From: Felis catus
Taxonomy: Eukaryota
Direction of reading: 5' to 3'
Assembly (NCBI RefSeq): GCF_018350175.1
Contig: NC_058368.1
Span: forward strand, 22,446,001-22,510,000
DNA length: 64,000 bases
In this document: positions 12,319 to 24,588 of the stretch, piece after piece
Layout: every line of letters begins with the position of its first letter
How positions within the stretch are numbered: the stretch's first letter is position 1
Position numbers and translations under genes: made by a program
Notes under the pieces: generated by a model
Seen by the model: only the letters and a program-made list of their open reading frames with translations
What the model was told of the DNA's origin: nothing
Databases searched by the model: none

Positions 12319-12641
12319 TTGCCTTGTAATCTACTCCTTTCCTCCTTAAGACTTATGCATCCCATTTATTTCTTTCTTCCCCTTGCCTCTCCCACCCTAA
12401 CACTCTAAGTGTATTCATTAGTGGGGAAAAATAAGGGTTGAAATGTCTGGGGAAACATAGACAAGAGAATATAGGTTATCTTTTCTATACTTTGGTCTTC
12501 ATTCTACTGATTTCTAACTTCATAGGTTTTATTTGATCTTCCAGATAGTCCAGAATATTTTTAGAATGGCCCCAATTCAGGCCTAGTTTTTAATTTGGAG
12601 GTGTTAGTTTCAGCCACACCATCTATTGGCAATTCCAGTGA

Positions 12642-12667
12642 TTTTTTTTTTTTTTTTTTTTTTTTTT
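12642..12667. repeat. T26 homopolymer
   Basis: Read directly. Confidence 0.95.
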
Positions 12668-12879
12668 GCCAGAAAATTTGGCTCTGGTCAGCAACTTCAG
12701 CCACATGTCCTTATGCAGATGAAGTATCAAAGGCACACAGGTCTTCAAATAAAATGTCAAAGAGTTTAATGCATAGTGAATGACTTTAATGAATTCCATT
12801 GGAATGAGGCTGCCTGATGGCTCAGTCTTCCCAAGGCGCCATGTTAGTACATTTCTATGAATTTATCTCTCAGTTCCTG

Positions 12880-13157
12880 ATACGGCTGGTTTCTTCCCAT
12901 TGTTCATGTCTCATCTCAAATGTTACATCAGGCCCATTACTTTTCACTTTATCACATTGCTGTATTTCATTATTATCATAGCATTTATCAGTGACTGAAA
13001 TTGTGGTGCTCATTTATCTGTTTATTCCATGTTTCTCCTTCACAAAAATATAAGCTCCATGGTAGGTGGGACTCTATATCTTGTTCACTGCTTATACCCA
13101 GCAGTTAGGACAGTGTGTGCACAAAATAGATGCTTGAATAAATGCAATGATGAATGG
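12880..13157 (+). mobile_element. L2 3' end
   Basis: taagctccatg...tcttgttcactgc...gaataaatgcaatgatgaatgg terminus. Confidence 0.75.
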
Positions 13158-13547
13158 ACGAAGCTTCAGAACGTGTAGGAGTTTACTCAGTCTATTCATC
13201 CAGTAGCCTCAAATCTGCACTTCCATGTGATTACTATGGAAAATGAGTTGCTTAACAATCTTAAGGTTTTTAACATTGGAGTGGGTGGTCTTTTATGGGC
13301 TTTTCAATCTGATATTCTCTGCTTTCCAATCACATTACCTCTATTAGCTAGGTAATGCTATCTATATGGAAATTTTATCTCTCTCTCTAGCTCTATAGAT
13401 ATAGATATACACATATTTATATACATATTTGTCTACCGTATATGCATATATACATATGTATGTGTATACACACTTATATGCATATTTATCCTAAAATTCC
13501 TAATATTTGAAACAAACATGACTTACAGCAGTTGTTTAGTTAAAAAA

Positions 13548-13811
13548 ATTATTTATTTAAATTCAAGTTAGTTAACATACAGTGTAGTATTGATTTTAGG
13601 AGTAGAACCCAATGATTCATCACTTACATACAACACCCAGTGCTCGTCCTAACAAGTGCCCTCCTTAATGCCCATCACCCATTTAGCCCTTCCCCACACT
13701 CCACACCCTTCCAGCAACCCTTGGCTTGTCCTCTATATTTATGAGTCTCTTATTGTTTGCCCCCCTCTCTGTTTTTATCTTATTATTCCTTCCCTTCCCC
13801 TATGTTCATCT
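13548..13811 (-). mobile_element. Carnivore L1 3' UTR fragment
   Basis: aaattcaagttagttaacatacagtg...caacacccagtgctc...ccttaatgcccatcaccc; same family as 44427 and 49557. Confidence 0.88.
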
Positions 13812-14076
13812 AATTGGTTTACTTTTTTTTTTTTCAATTGGGGAATATTTTCTTCAAGGGAAAAATCTTATGAGGAGGCCTGATATATATGAAATAAAAT
13901 GAAGTCTACTGGAAGAAGTAATAATGGAAGGAGGGAGTTTATAGTTCTGCCCACTCTTTGGAATAACATTTCCTTCCTCAGGACTGTCCCAGAATGGTTT
14001 GACTACTACTGGATTATATTAATACTAAATAATGTTTTTGGATACTTACTTTGTACCAAGTACTTTAAATATATAT

Positions 14077-14205
14077 TTTTTATTAAAAATTTTTAAATTT
14101 ATTTTTACAATTCAAGTATAACTATCATACAGTGTTATATTAGATATTTTTAGGTGTACAATATAGTGATTCAACAGTTCTATACATTAATCGATGTTCA
14201 TACCA
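14077..14205 (-). mobile_element. Short carnivore L1 3' end
   Basis: catacagtgttatattag...ggtgtacaatatagtgattcaaca. Confidence 0.75.
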
Positions 14206-14334
14206 CATACTTTACATGCATCATCTCATCTAATTCTTATACAGTCTTATAAGAGGAGTATATTGCTAGTGTCTATAGTAGGCAAATCAGGAGACTAAGG
14301 CTTTAAAAGCTTAAAAAGCCTTCTCTGAGTTCTT

Positions 14335-14855
14335 TGCAGTAGTTATTTTCCAAGATAGCTGCCAGAAATCCTTACCTCCTGATGTCAGTGCCCTTGTTCA
14401 GTCCCCTCTAACATTGAGTCAGGGCTGACCAGTGTGACCAATGGAATATGGCAGAAGTGATGGTATGTAATTTCCAGGGCAAGGTCACAAAGGCTTTGCA
14501 GTCTCTGCTTTGCACTTTTGGATCACTCATTCTGGAGTAAGCCAATTGCAATATCATCAGGACACTCAAGGAGCCTATGGAGCCGACGTGGAAGGAAACT
14601 AAATATCCCTGCCAATAGCCTGCACCAACTTGCAATGTGAGTGAGCTACCTTGGAGGTGGATTTTCCAACCCCTGTCTAGTCTTTAGCCAACTGCAACCC
14701 TAGCCAACATCTGATTGCAACCTCATCAGAGATCTAGCCAAGCAACTCCCAAATTTCTGACCTACAGAAAATGTGGAAGATGAAAAATGATTATTTCTTT
14801 CACAATCAAGAAAGTTTTAGGGTGATTTGTTACACAGTGTTGGATAACTAGTATG
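14335..14855 (+). mobile_element. MaLR solo LTR (MLT1F-like)
   Basis: gaccaatggaatatggcagaagtgatg, ttgcaacctcat.agaga, gttttagggtgatttgttacacag...ataacta. Confidence 0.85.
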
Positions 14856-16224
14856 ATTTGTAGACAGTTCAATGGCAGAGTCAGGGTTTTTGACTCCAGG
14901 TCTGACTCTAGAGCCTATGCTCTTAGCCATGAATGCTCTATTTTCTTATATACTCATTTTTAACACAAAGTTAAAATAAAAGTTATGCAAGTATCTTACG
15001 AACTCCATGTCACAGATGAGAAAATGAGGCATAGAGAGGTTAAAAATGAATGGATGAATCCAAAATTTCAAGTCAAGTGGTCTAATTCCAAGACCTGTAG
15101 TCTTTGTCATTATGCTAAACTATTGTCATAACGAGAAAAAAAAACTTTTAGGAAAATCAATCTGGAGTTGGAATGTCAGATGGAATGGAAAGGAAAGAGC
15201 TGAAGAAAATACTTATTTGAGGGATATCAAGACCTGTGCCAGAGAGAGTGACTACTAAATTATTTTCCAAAATATCTTTGATACTAACATTGGCTACTGA
15301 AAATTTGGATGGGAAGGTCGTTGTCTGTAACTATAAGGCATTTCTCATATTGCAATAATCTCTACTCATTGGTAAATATTTGAGAAGGAAATTAACCATG
15401 GTCATTTCCCAATGTGGCCTGGCAAATGATGGGAGTTAGGCCAGTCGAAATTTGCTTTCAGTATTCATTATAATGTTTAGTCTCTGTCTTCCTGCAGCAC
15501 TTCAATATTTATTTTTATATGTACCACTGTTTTTAAAAAAGGAAGGAGAGTGAACCAAGATTTCTGCCTTTGAAGTAAGCTAACAAATCAGTGATAATTG
15601 AGACAAGAAATCCTAGTGTAGGAAGAGAGAACTGATTGTGCTCTGTCCTTGGTAGAATTTTGAGTCATTCATGCCGTATAGTGTCTAGAGAGTTCTAGTG
15701 AGTCATGCATTGCTAACTATGGAAGAAAAATGTATTTTCTAAAGCTGTCTGTTATTACTCATGTCTTTCACTTGGCATCAGCAGATGCTGGTACCCTATT
15801 GACTGTGATCTAATAGAAAATTTCTCAGAGGCAGACAGATCCAACACAATTTCCCTCTAACTCTGATAAATTTGGCATAGTTCTGTTATTTGGCTTGCAA
15901 GATGTTTGCATTAACATTGTGACTTATTTTTGGCTTGGTGTTAAAAGGATTGTTTAGTAACAAAATGGAGCATTTGGATTTTGTGGCAGCCGGGAGGAAT
16001 GCTCTCATCTTACAATGAAACAACTGAACAAATGTTCTTTACAGTGATTCATTCCTCACGCGGGAAAAATTTCTTTTTATATATATTCTCTCTCTATTGG
16101 GTACATGAAGCCATTTTACCCTCAATATTTAGGCAGAATTTCCAGTGAGGAATTTGGGAACAATATCTGTAAATTATAAAGATAGGCTCTGTTGCAAAAG
16201 GAACAGGATTGAAACTATAGGATT

Positions 16225-16352
16225 GAATGTTAGGAACCACTTGGGTTCTATTCCTGACGGGACCAGGGTTTGCGTATAACCTTGAGCTGTTCACTTAATC
16301 TTTTTTTAAACTTGGGTTTTCTGTCTGAAATAGACAGAAAATTGCTTACCTA
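16225..16352 (+). mobile_element. MIR fragment
   Basis: cttgggttcta...taaccttgagc..ttcacttaatctt. Confidence 0.55.
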
Positions 16353-17568
16353 TTTAGCTAAGGCAGAAACAATTTCCTGATAGGAAGGTGACTCAGCAGC
16401 CTGGGGAGGCTGTATGGCCTCTTGTCCTGGAAGTCTTCAGGGAGACAGAGGCGGCCAGCTGCCTGGATGGATTAAAGTGCGGTGCTTGAAGACTGGAGAC
16501 CAGACCACGCAAATGAATCCTGGCATTTAGAAACAGTAAAGAGACTGAGTCACGGAGGGCCTGTTATTTGCCAGGCACTGTGCTGGATCCTGGGAGCCAA
16601 CGGTGAACCAGACACGCCCAAAGTCTCTGCCCTTATGAAGTATATTGTTGAGTCTGCTCTGTGCATGTTTGCAATTATTCAGAGAGAGGTTTGATTTGAT
16701 TATCTGGACCTGAGGTTTATTTTATTTTATTTTATTTTTGTTTTTATTTTGGGACCATGCAAGATCACTGCTCAGATACAATCATAAGAGTCTTACGAAA
16801 GAGGAGTCTAATATGGTATGGGGGTACTGTTAAAACAGGCCCTGTTAAGACACAGCATGACCCAGCAGGTCAGATGGGAGCAATAGATTCGTGTTGGCAT
16901 TGTCCATTATCTGAGATGAGAGTATGGGGACATTTTAAAATGTCTTGCGTGGACTTTCAGGTCTGAGTTATAGGCCCACTCTCCACTGCTCCTAGAGGGG
17001 CTTCTCACCAATCCGATAGTGTCCAAGTTGGGTGATGATTTGATGGGTCTGTGGCAGTCGAACAAAGGATTCTGAGCATACGAGCTGCTTCTGATCTACA
17101 GACAGCAGGACATCCAGTGGTAGTGTTCAGGGAGTGAGGGTATCCTTGTCTTGTACCAGCATGTTGTTTCCAGCTCAGATTCTTACAGAGCAATGGTTCT
17201 TCCTCCTATAAGAAGTTTGAAATGTCCCTTCTCTGGACATTGTAGGTGTTGCTCCCTCAGGGAGCATGCAGCTTCAAGGTGCCGAGATGAGGGGCAGAGA
17301 GGACACTGCAGAACCACCTGGGGGGTTCTTTGAGCAGATGTCAACCCTCTGTGATTCCCCAAGTCCTTCAGTGTTTTTGGCTCATCTGTTCCACTACAAT
17401 TTTTAAATTAAAATGGTTCAAGCTCCTATCCTACTTATGGTGGGGGGAAGGATATTTCAGTCTTGAAATATCTCTCATGATTCTTAAGGGTTTACATTTC
17501 TTCAAGTCACTTCTGAATCAAAGTTTCTCATTCAACTGACTTCTTTTTTACCACTTAAAAAAAACCCA

Positions 17569-17787
17569 GGGATGCCTGGGTGGCTCAGTTGGTTAAGCGT
17601 CCGACTTCGGCTCAGGTCATGATCTCATGGTCCGTGAGTTCAAGCCCCGCGTCAGGCTCTGTGCTGACTGCTCAGAGCCTGGAGCCTGTTTCAGATTCTG
17701 TGTCTCCCTCTCTCTCTGACCCTCCCCCATTCATGCTCTGTCTCTCTCTGTCTCAAAAATAAATAAACGTTAAAAAAATTTTTTTTA
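17569..17787 (+). mobile_element. Can-SINE (SINEC_Fc type)
   Basis: Full head, body and tail, inserted at the T-rich end of the adjacent L1. Confidence 0.95.
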
Positions 17788-17799
17788 AAAACCTGAAAA

Positions 17800-19185
17800 A
17801 TAACTGATATACAATATTGTATTCATTTCAGATGTACAACACCGTGATTTGGATATTTATATACAGTACAAAATCTGTCCCCATACAAAGTTGTTACAAT
17901 ATTATTAACTATGTTCCCTATGCTGTACCTTACATAAGATTACATCTTATTTATTTTGTAACTGGAAGATTGTACATTTAATCCTCTTCCCCTGTTTTAT
18001 CCATCTCCCTACCTCTTTCCCTCAGCAGCCATCAGTTCATTCTCTGTATGTGTGAGTCTGTTTCTGTTTTGTTTTGTTTGTTTCTTAGATTCCACATAAA
18101 AGTGAAATTATACAGTATTTGTATTCTCTGTTTGACTTATTTCACTTATCATAATACCCTCTTGGTCCATTCACGTTGTCACAAATGGCAGGGTTTCATT
18201 CCTTTAGTGGCTGAGTAAAAGTCCATTGTATATATACCATTTTTCTTTATCCATTCACCTATTGATAGACCTTTAAGTTACTTCCATATCTTGGCTGTTG
18301 TAAATAATGCCGCAATCAACATAGGAGTGTATATGTTTTATTTTGAAATTTGTTTTCATTTTCTTCAGGTAAATATCTAGAAGTAGAATTATTGGATTGT
18401 ATAGTAGTTCTATTTTTAATTTTTAGAGGAAACTCCATGCTGTTTTCTGCACCAATTTACATTGCTACCAACAGTGCATGAGGGTTCTCTTTCCTTCTCG
18501 TTCTCGTCAATACTTGTTATGTTTTGTCTTTTTGGTATTAGCCATTCTGACAGGTGTGAGGTGATATCACATTGTGGGTTTTGATTTGCTGACATTTAAT
18601 GACATTGAGCATTTTTCATGGTCCTGTTGGCCATCTGCATGTCTTTAGAAAAATATTTTTTCAGATCTTCTGTCCATTTTTTAATCAGATTATTTTCTTG
18701 ATATTAAGTTGTATGGGTTCTTTATATTATTTTGGATGTTAACCCTTTATTGGACATATTGTTTGTAAATATTTTCTCCCATTCAGTAGGTTGCTGTTTT
18801 GTTGATGACTTCCTTCTCTGTGCAAAAGCTTTTTTAGTTTGATGTAGTCCCATTTATTTTTTGCTTTTGTTACCCTTGCCTGAGGAGGCAGATCTAAAAC
18901 ATATTGCTAAGATAGATGTCAGAGTTTATTGACTATAATTTCTTCTAGGAGTTTTGCTTTCAGGCCTTACATTTAAGACTTTAATCCATTTTAAGTTTAT
19001 TTTTGTGCATGGTCTAGTTTCATTTTTCTTGCATGTAGCTGTCCAGTTTTCCCAACACCATCTGTTGTAGGGACGATGCTTTCCCCATTGTATATTCTTG
19101 CCTCCTTTGCTGTAGCTCAATTGACCATACAAGCATGGATTTATTTCTAGGCTCTATTCTGTTCCATTGATATATGTGTCTATTT
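17800..19185 (-). mobile_element. L1 fragment (3' UTR plus decayed ORF2 C-terminus)
   Basis: ORF 18926-19132 (YGQL..KGGKNIQWGK...WCWENWTATCK) is L1 ORF2; many frameshifts. Confidence 0.92.
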
Positions 19186-20055
19186 CATCACTACTCTTAT
19201 TCTCTACACATGTTGTCCACCTCTTCAATGTTATACCATATTAGGAACTGCCAGATTCCTTCACACCCTGAAAAACCACTGAACCACGGCAGTGAGAGAG
19301 ACTACCTCATGGCAAACAACCTAAAACCAGTATCAATTAATCCTGAACTTAGAAGTCCTTGGGTCATTCCTGCTCAAGTATATTTTTTAGTGTCTCTGTC
19401 CTCCACAAGCCTCAAGTTTTCTCTCCACTTGGCTGAACTTTTGTCCCTAAAACTCAGCTTCCCTCTCACACTATGATTCTAAGTAACTTTATTCTTTCTT
19501 GTCCTCATCCCCAAACTCAGCTCTGGGCCTTGTATCAGAGAGCTGGGAGAAATTCATTAAGCTACTCAGCCAAACTCATCTGTCCTGGAACTCAAAGCAC
19601 TATTGCTGTCTTCCCTTTAATAAGGTCAAAGACTTAGGTGTGGTTTCCTTTCTCATGGGTTTCTGTACATGGAAGGAAGTAGGAAAGTAGGAACTGGTCC
19701 TTCCTCTGGGATGATTATGCCACCTTAGTGCCCCTAGAAAAGCAGAATGTTTTCCATTTTTACTACACAAGGACAAAGGCAGTCAGCATTTTGTAAAGCA
19801 CATTGATAGGAAAGTGAGAGATCCCCAGAAATCCACTGGAAAAGATTCAGCACTTACAGGAGGAGTCTTGGCCAGTTTCATAAGCAAAAAAAAACAAAAC
19901 AAAAACAAACAAACAAACAAACAAAAAAACAAATTTAGCATCCCGATCTCTGAAATAAAAAGTGGGCATTCTAGCAAGCAACACATGGCTCAGGGCAAGA
20001 TGGCAGGAGTGAGACACACACACAGGGCTTCTCTGGGAGCAGAACAAGAGGGATC

Positions 20056-20258
20056 ATGGTGCTGGGGTGGCTCAGTCAGTTGAGCATCTGACTCCTGATT
20101 TTGACTCAGATCTTGATCTCACGGTTATGAGGTGGAGTCCTGTGTTGGGCTCTGTGCTGGGCGTGGAGTCCCCCTCTCCATTTCCCATCTCCTTCTGCCC
20201 CCTCCCCTGTTTGTGCACTCTCTCTCTCTCAAAAAAAAAAAAAAAAAAAAAAAAAAAA
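20056..20258 (+). mobile_element. Can-SINE with A28 tail
   Basis: TSD gaacaagagggatc at 20042-20055 and 20260-20273. Confidence 0.93.
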
Positions 20259-20500
20259 GGAACAAGAGGGATCCAAACTGGACTAAAAATCACTCCTTCA
20301 GCCAAGCCCTGAGGAAACTTGAAATCAATATCAGAATCTCCTCTAGGCTTACACATATAAGTATTTAGAGTGAATTGTGTCTCATTCTCATTGTGCTTTC
20401 ATTATCAGCAAGTAGTCTGCTTATCTTTGTATGGGTCTCACCTGTCAAGAGGTAGCAGCATCCTTTACAGAGTGCTGTCTTAACTAGGCTTATTTACAAA

Positions 20501-20529
20501 TTTTTTAAAGTGTTTTTATTTATTTTTGA

Positions 20530-20578
<49 letters not shown>

Positions 20579-20807
20579 TGGGGGAGGGGCAGAGAGAGAA
20601 GGAGACATAGAATCCGAAGCAGGCTCCAGGCTCCGAGCTGTCAGCACAGAGCCTGATGCAGGGTTCGAACTCACGAACTGTGAGATCATGACCTGAGCCA
20701 AAGTCAGACGCCCTACCAACTGAGCTACCCTAGGCTTATTTATAAAGCCTTATTTATTTATAAAATATATATATATATTTTTTTTAATAAATATATTAAG
20801 GCACCCC
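20501..20807 (-). mobile_element. Can-SINE whose 5' end is split by a 68-bp insertion
   Basis: Body 20501-20730; the last 9 nt of the head (aggcacccc) are displaced to 20799-20807; TSD taggcttattta(c/t)aaa at 20485 and 20808. Confidence 0.9.
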
Positions 20808-21069
20808 TAGGCTTATTTATAAAGACAGAATCCTATAGTCAGGCTGGAACTTTGCAGCCAGCAGTTTGGAGAAGGAAATATGATAAAGTATAGCATTTAA
20901 AAAACAAAAAAATATATATTTTCAGAACAGCCATGTATTCGGTGTTCTCTTTCCAGTGGTGTAGGAAAGCCTTCTTATTTTTCTTATGTCATATAGAGTG
21001 CAAGTTCCATGGAAGAATGCACATAGATGAAATAGGAGGAATGTTTGTTGGAGTAGTGGTGTATTACAC

Positions 21070-21339
21070 GGCCCTCTCCATAGACGGCTAACCCCATGGC
21101 TGTTTGCTTTCTTTCAAGCCAGCAGGAGAATATTTATCTGCTATTTCACCTTCTGTTAAAAGGCATGCAAGGATATTATCTCTTTTAGTTAACTCAGTGT
21201 CGGCTGATTAGGAACCTATCACAGTAGTGATAGCCCAACATATTCACTGCTCTTGCCCATGCACAAGGGAAGGGGATTATAACTAGATCTGTACACCAGG
21301 GGGTAGGAATTTGGGGACCGTCTTAGAATTCTGCCTACA
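21070..21339 (-). mobile_element. MaLR LTR fragment (MLT1E-like)
   Basis: caagccagcaggagaat...ggaaggggattata...tcttagaattctgcctaca. Confidence 0.75.
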
Positions 21340-22785
21340 ACAAAATGCTGACTTTCATCTTTGAGAATGGGAATATATGGGAATAAAAGAAATAAAATCT
21401 CATATCTTATATCAGGGGTCAAATATCAAACTTGTACCGAGTCTTTATTCTATGTCTTTCTCTTTGTTTTCCTGCTTTGGTTTCCAGATAACAGAACACT
21501 CTTTCACTTGAATTTGGTTTTTTAGATACCACACAGAGAATTTACTAACCAGTGGTCATAGGAATTCTGGTGTTCTCGACGATTGTATTTCTCAATGAGA
21601 AGAACTACTACACGCTCTAGTTCATATGTTATTCTTCTGTAAATTTGATTCATGTTAATCAGCACCCTAGAGTCACACTGTCTCTAGACGTACCAACAGA
21701 ACTGACTCTCTAGCCATAAAGTTGAGGACTGCACTCAAAATGTGATGACCAAGGGAATTGTCATCCTCCTAGACCTGAGTGGCTCCCAGCCTAGACAACA
21801 GCTTTATCTCAACTTCCTCTTACTGCAGCATGTTGGATTGATAACATGCTTTGAGAAGGCAGTGTCAGTGACCTTAATGCTCTGAGCCAGAATCATCTGG
21901 TGGCACAGGCTGACATAGGAATATGTTTTTCAGCTGAAATGAGCAAGCGGCTGCAGCTGTCACCACAGCAACGGTGTGGCTGAAACCCTTGGGAGCCTTC
22001 AGCTGACGGGTAAGGGCAGCTGTGAGGATGGCTTCCGTTGGAATTAATAGTGACTAACTTTTAGGATTAGGCTGCTGGGAATCCTTTATGTTTTTTCTAG
22101 TAAACATAAGCATGCACTATGATTGTTCTTCAACATGAAACACTTCTCTTGGCTCTTATGCTGTATTTCCACTTTTTTTCCTCTTCTGGATTTTATAAAT
22201 GCTAAGTAAATCTTCATAATACCACCCCCCCCCCCCCGCCCACAATTTAAAGGATGGGAGAAAGAGGAAAAAAGTGAAGATGTTGCTTTGGGCTGCAGGA
22301 AAACATGGGTTTTATCTAATTTTCATTCCTGCATTCCTGAATTTTTCCTTTAGTATCCATCTATCGGGCTGAACTTCTCTCCAGATTGAAAGAAAGGCAA
22401 AGTAAGATGCTAAGGGAAAAAGAAGTGAACTTGAGTTATTTTGATTGACTAGGAAGTCAGGTTTTTTTTAATGACTATTATTTCTCACACTATGAATATA
22501 CCATAGTCAAGTCAAGATGATAAAGCTTAAGTTCACATTAGGAACCCAAGACTGGGAAACAGCCCTGTGTAGAATGTTTATCATACAATTCAGCCAATGT
22601 ATTCATAGCTTTCGATAATGGCCTATTGTTGGGGGAAAAAAAGGAAGGATAAATAAGACAGGATTGTGAAGTGATCTGAGACTGGTGAAAGCAGAATTAT
22701 ATGACGATAAGCAATATTAAATATTTTAAAAATATGTATGATGTAAATCATAATCTAATTATGATTGGGCTCAATAGAAAATAAA

Positions 22786-23065
22786 TTTTTCCTGTAGCTT
22801 TGTTGAGGTAAAATTAGCAAATAAAAACTGCATGTATTTAAGTTGTACAGTGTGGTGTTTTGATACATGTGTGCATTGTGCAATGATTGTCACCATCAAG
22901 CTAACCAACATACCCATCACTTCACATAGTCACCATTTTGTGTGTGTGTGGAAACACACAAGATGGGTGTGGTGGGAACACACAAGATCTACTCGCAGCA
23001 AATTTCAAGCGTATAATAGTGTATTTATCAACTGTAGTCACCATATTATACATTAGAACTCTAGA
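22786..23065 (-). mobile_element. L1MA-type 3' end
   Basis: ttgaggta.aatt..caaataaaaactgcat...gcaaatttcaag...aactgtagtcaccat; contains a small internal duplication (aacacacaagat x2). Confidence 0.8.
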
Positions 23066-23507
23066 GATGAAGCTGGAATCTTAACCACTTGCTTATTGAT
23101 TGCATTTAGAGCTCAGTCACAACATCACCTGCCTGGTTGTTGAGGTGGGGTAACTCCAGGTAAATGTGAATAAAATACGATTGGCTTCTCTAGGAATTAT
23201 TCAAATTGTTACGACAATTTAAAGGAGGACAGGTTTGAAATGAAAGACGAGGTTTACTGATGGTATTTATCACACGCAGATATAAGGCCATAGACTGAGG
23301 TGAGGTGTCATCTTGGTGAAACAGACTGTGGCCACGTATTTGGTGTGTGGTACCAAATGTGGTGTGCCATTTAAGGCAAATAGTAGGACTTTCCTTGGGG
23401 TAATCATTCCACTAAGGTGTAATTTTTTTTCCTCACAAATACGTATGAGTAACTGAGTTAAAGTCACACATTTCTTTGCATCAGACCTTCCCAGGGTCTT
23501 TCCTGTG

Positions 23508-23882
23508 TGTTACAGAACGTTTGTGCCCCGCCCCCATTCATATGCTGAAACCCTAACTCCCAATATAATGGTATTTGTAGGTGAGAACTTTGGGAGATAA
23601 TTAGGTTTAGATGAGATCATAAGCATGGGGACACCAGATGGGATTAGTGTCCCTATAAGGGAAGGAAGGTTACTAGAGCTCTTTCTTTTCACCCTGTGTG
23701 GACACAGTGAGGAGGCAGCTATCTGCCAGTCTGCTGGGCCAGGAAGGGAGCTCTCACAAGGGAACTGAATCAGCTATACTTTGATCTTGGACTTCTCAGC
23801 TTCCAGAACTCTGAGAAATAACTTACTGTTGTTTAAGCCACCTAGTATATGGGGCTTTATTATGGCATCCTGAGCTAAGACA
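23508..23882 (+). mobile_element. MaLR solo LTR (MLT1A-like)
   Basis: attcatatgctgaaaccctaactccc...ttgatcttggacttc.cagc.tccagaact.tgagaaataa...tgtttaagccacc...ctaagaca. Confidence 0.9.
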
Positions 23883-24032
23883 CTGATGTCTACTATGATA
23901 CAATGTTTACTCTAAATTTCCAGAGGAATATGTAATATTTAGTGTTTTTCAATCTTATTTGAATAAGGATTCTTTTTTCTCAGAGTTATCTGAGGGAAGG
24001 TGTGGGAAGGATTCTCCTTAGATGAGACAAGA

Positions 24033-24588
24033 AAGGCCCCTGTCCTGGATCTATGCTTTAGAGACCCCAGTACGGCCCTCCTTTGGCTGTGCCCCTTTCT
24101 ACAGGGCCATGGGGATATTTATACCGAGAATCACAGTTCATCCCTATATATCATGCTCTGGGCCTGCATGCCCTTCTATTCTGGCTTGACCTCCTGAGAA
24201 TGGACTCCCCTTTTACCAAAGCCTAGGGATGTCCAAGGGGCAGTCATTTCCGGGGACTTGGAGACAAAGTTTGGATGTGTGGACTACTGTGTCTACATGT
24301 GATGACTTTCTTGTGTGGTCTGGAGCCAAGAATGGAAAGAGAGGGGAGACGATGGGACCGATTTTATCCTCCATGATCAAGTTCCAGTGCAGAATGCTGT
24401 GGAGTCTAAGAATCTTAAATTTGAACCTGTCCTTCCAAGTTGTTATGAACATATATTTGCAAAGGTAGGAGGATACTTTATTTAATAGTCTGCTGGTTTG
24501 ATTTATTACTTAAAAATATTTAGACATATGGTAGGTAGGCCTCTATTTGTATGTAACTTCAAGCCCTACAAAATTTAGGAGACCCTAG
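24033..24588. mobile_element. Probable ancient hAT (Tip100-like) DNA transposon remnant
   Basis: Loose resemblance (gctttagagacccc, aatttgaacctg.ccttcca, ttcaagccctacaaaat.taggag); family uncertain. Confidence 0.4.

Larger units (their letters stand above)
14015..14935 (-). mobile_element. MIR broken into three pieces by an L1 3' end and an MLT1F LTR
   Basis: MIR segments at about 14015-14070, 14207-14330 and 14860-14935, in consensus order. Confidence 0.6.

Noticed and set aside
16317..16341. 10-bp perfect inverted repeat (ttttctgtct / agacagaaaa)
   Set aside because: Low complexity, inside a MIR remnant, and too short for a structured RNA
18926..19132. ORF with real protein similarity
   Set aside because: Decayed L1 ORF2 fragment, not a host gene; the same applies to 44358-44913 and 50073-50270
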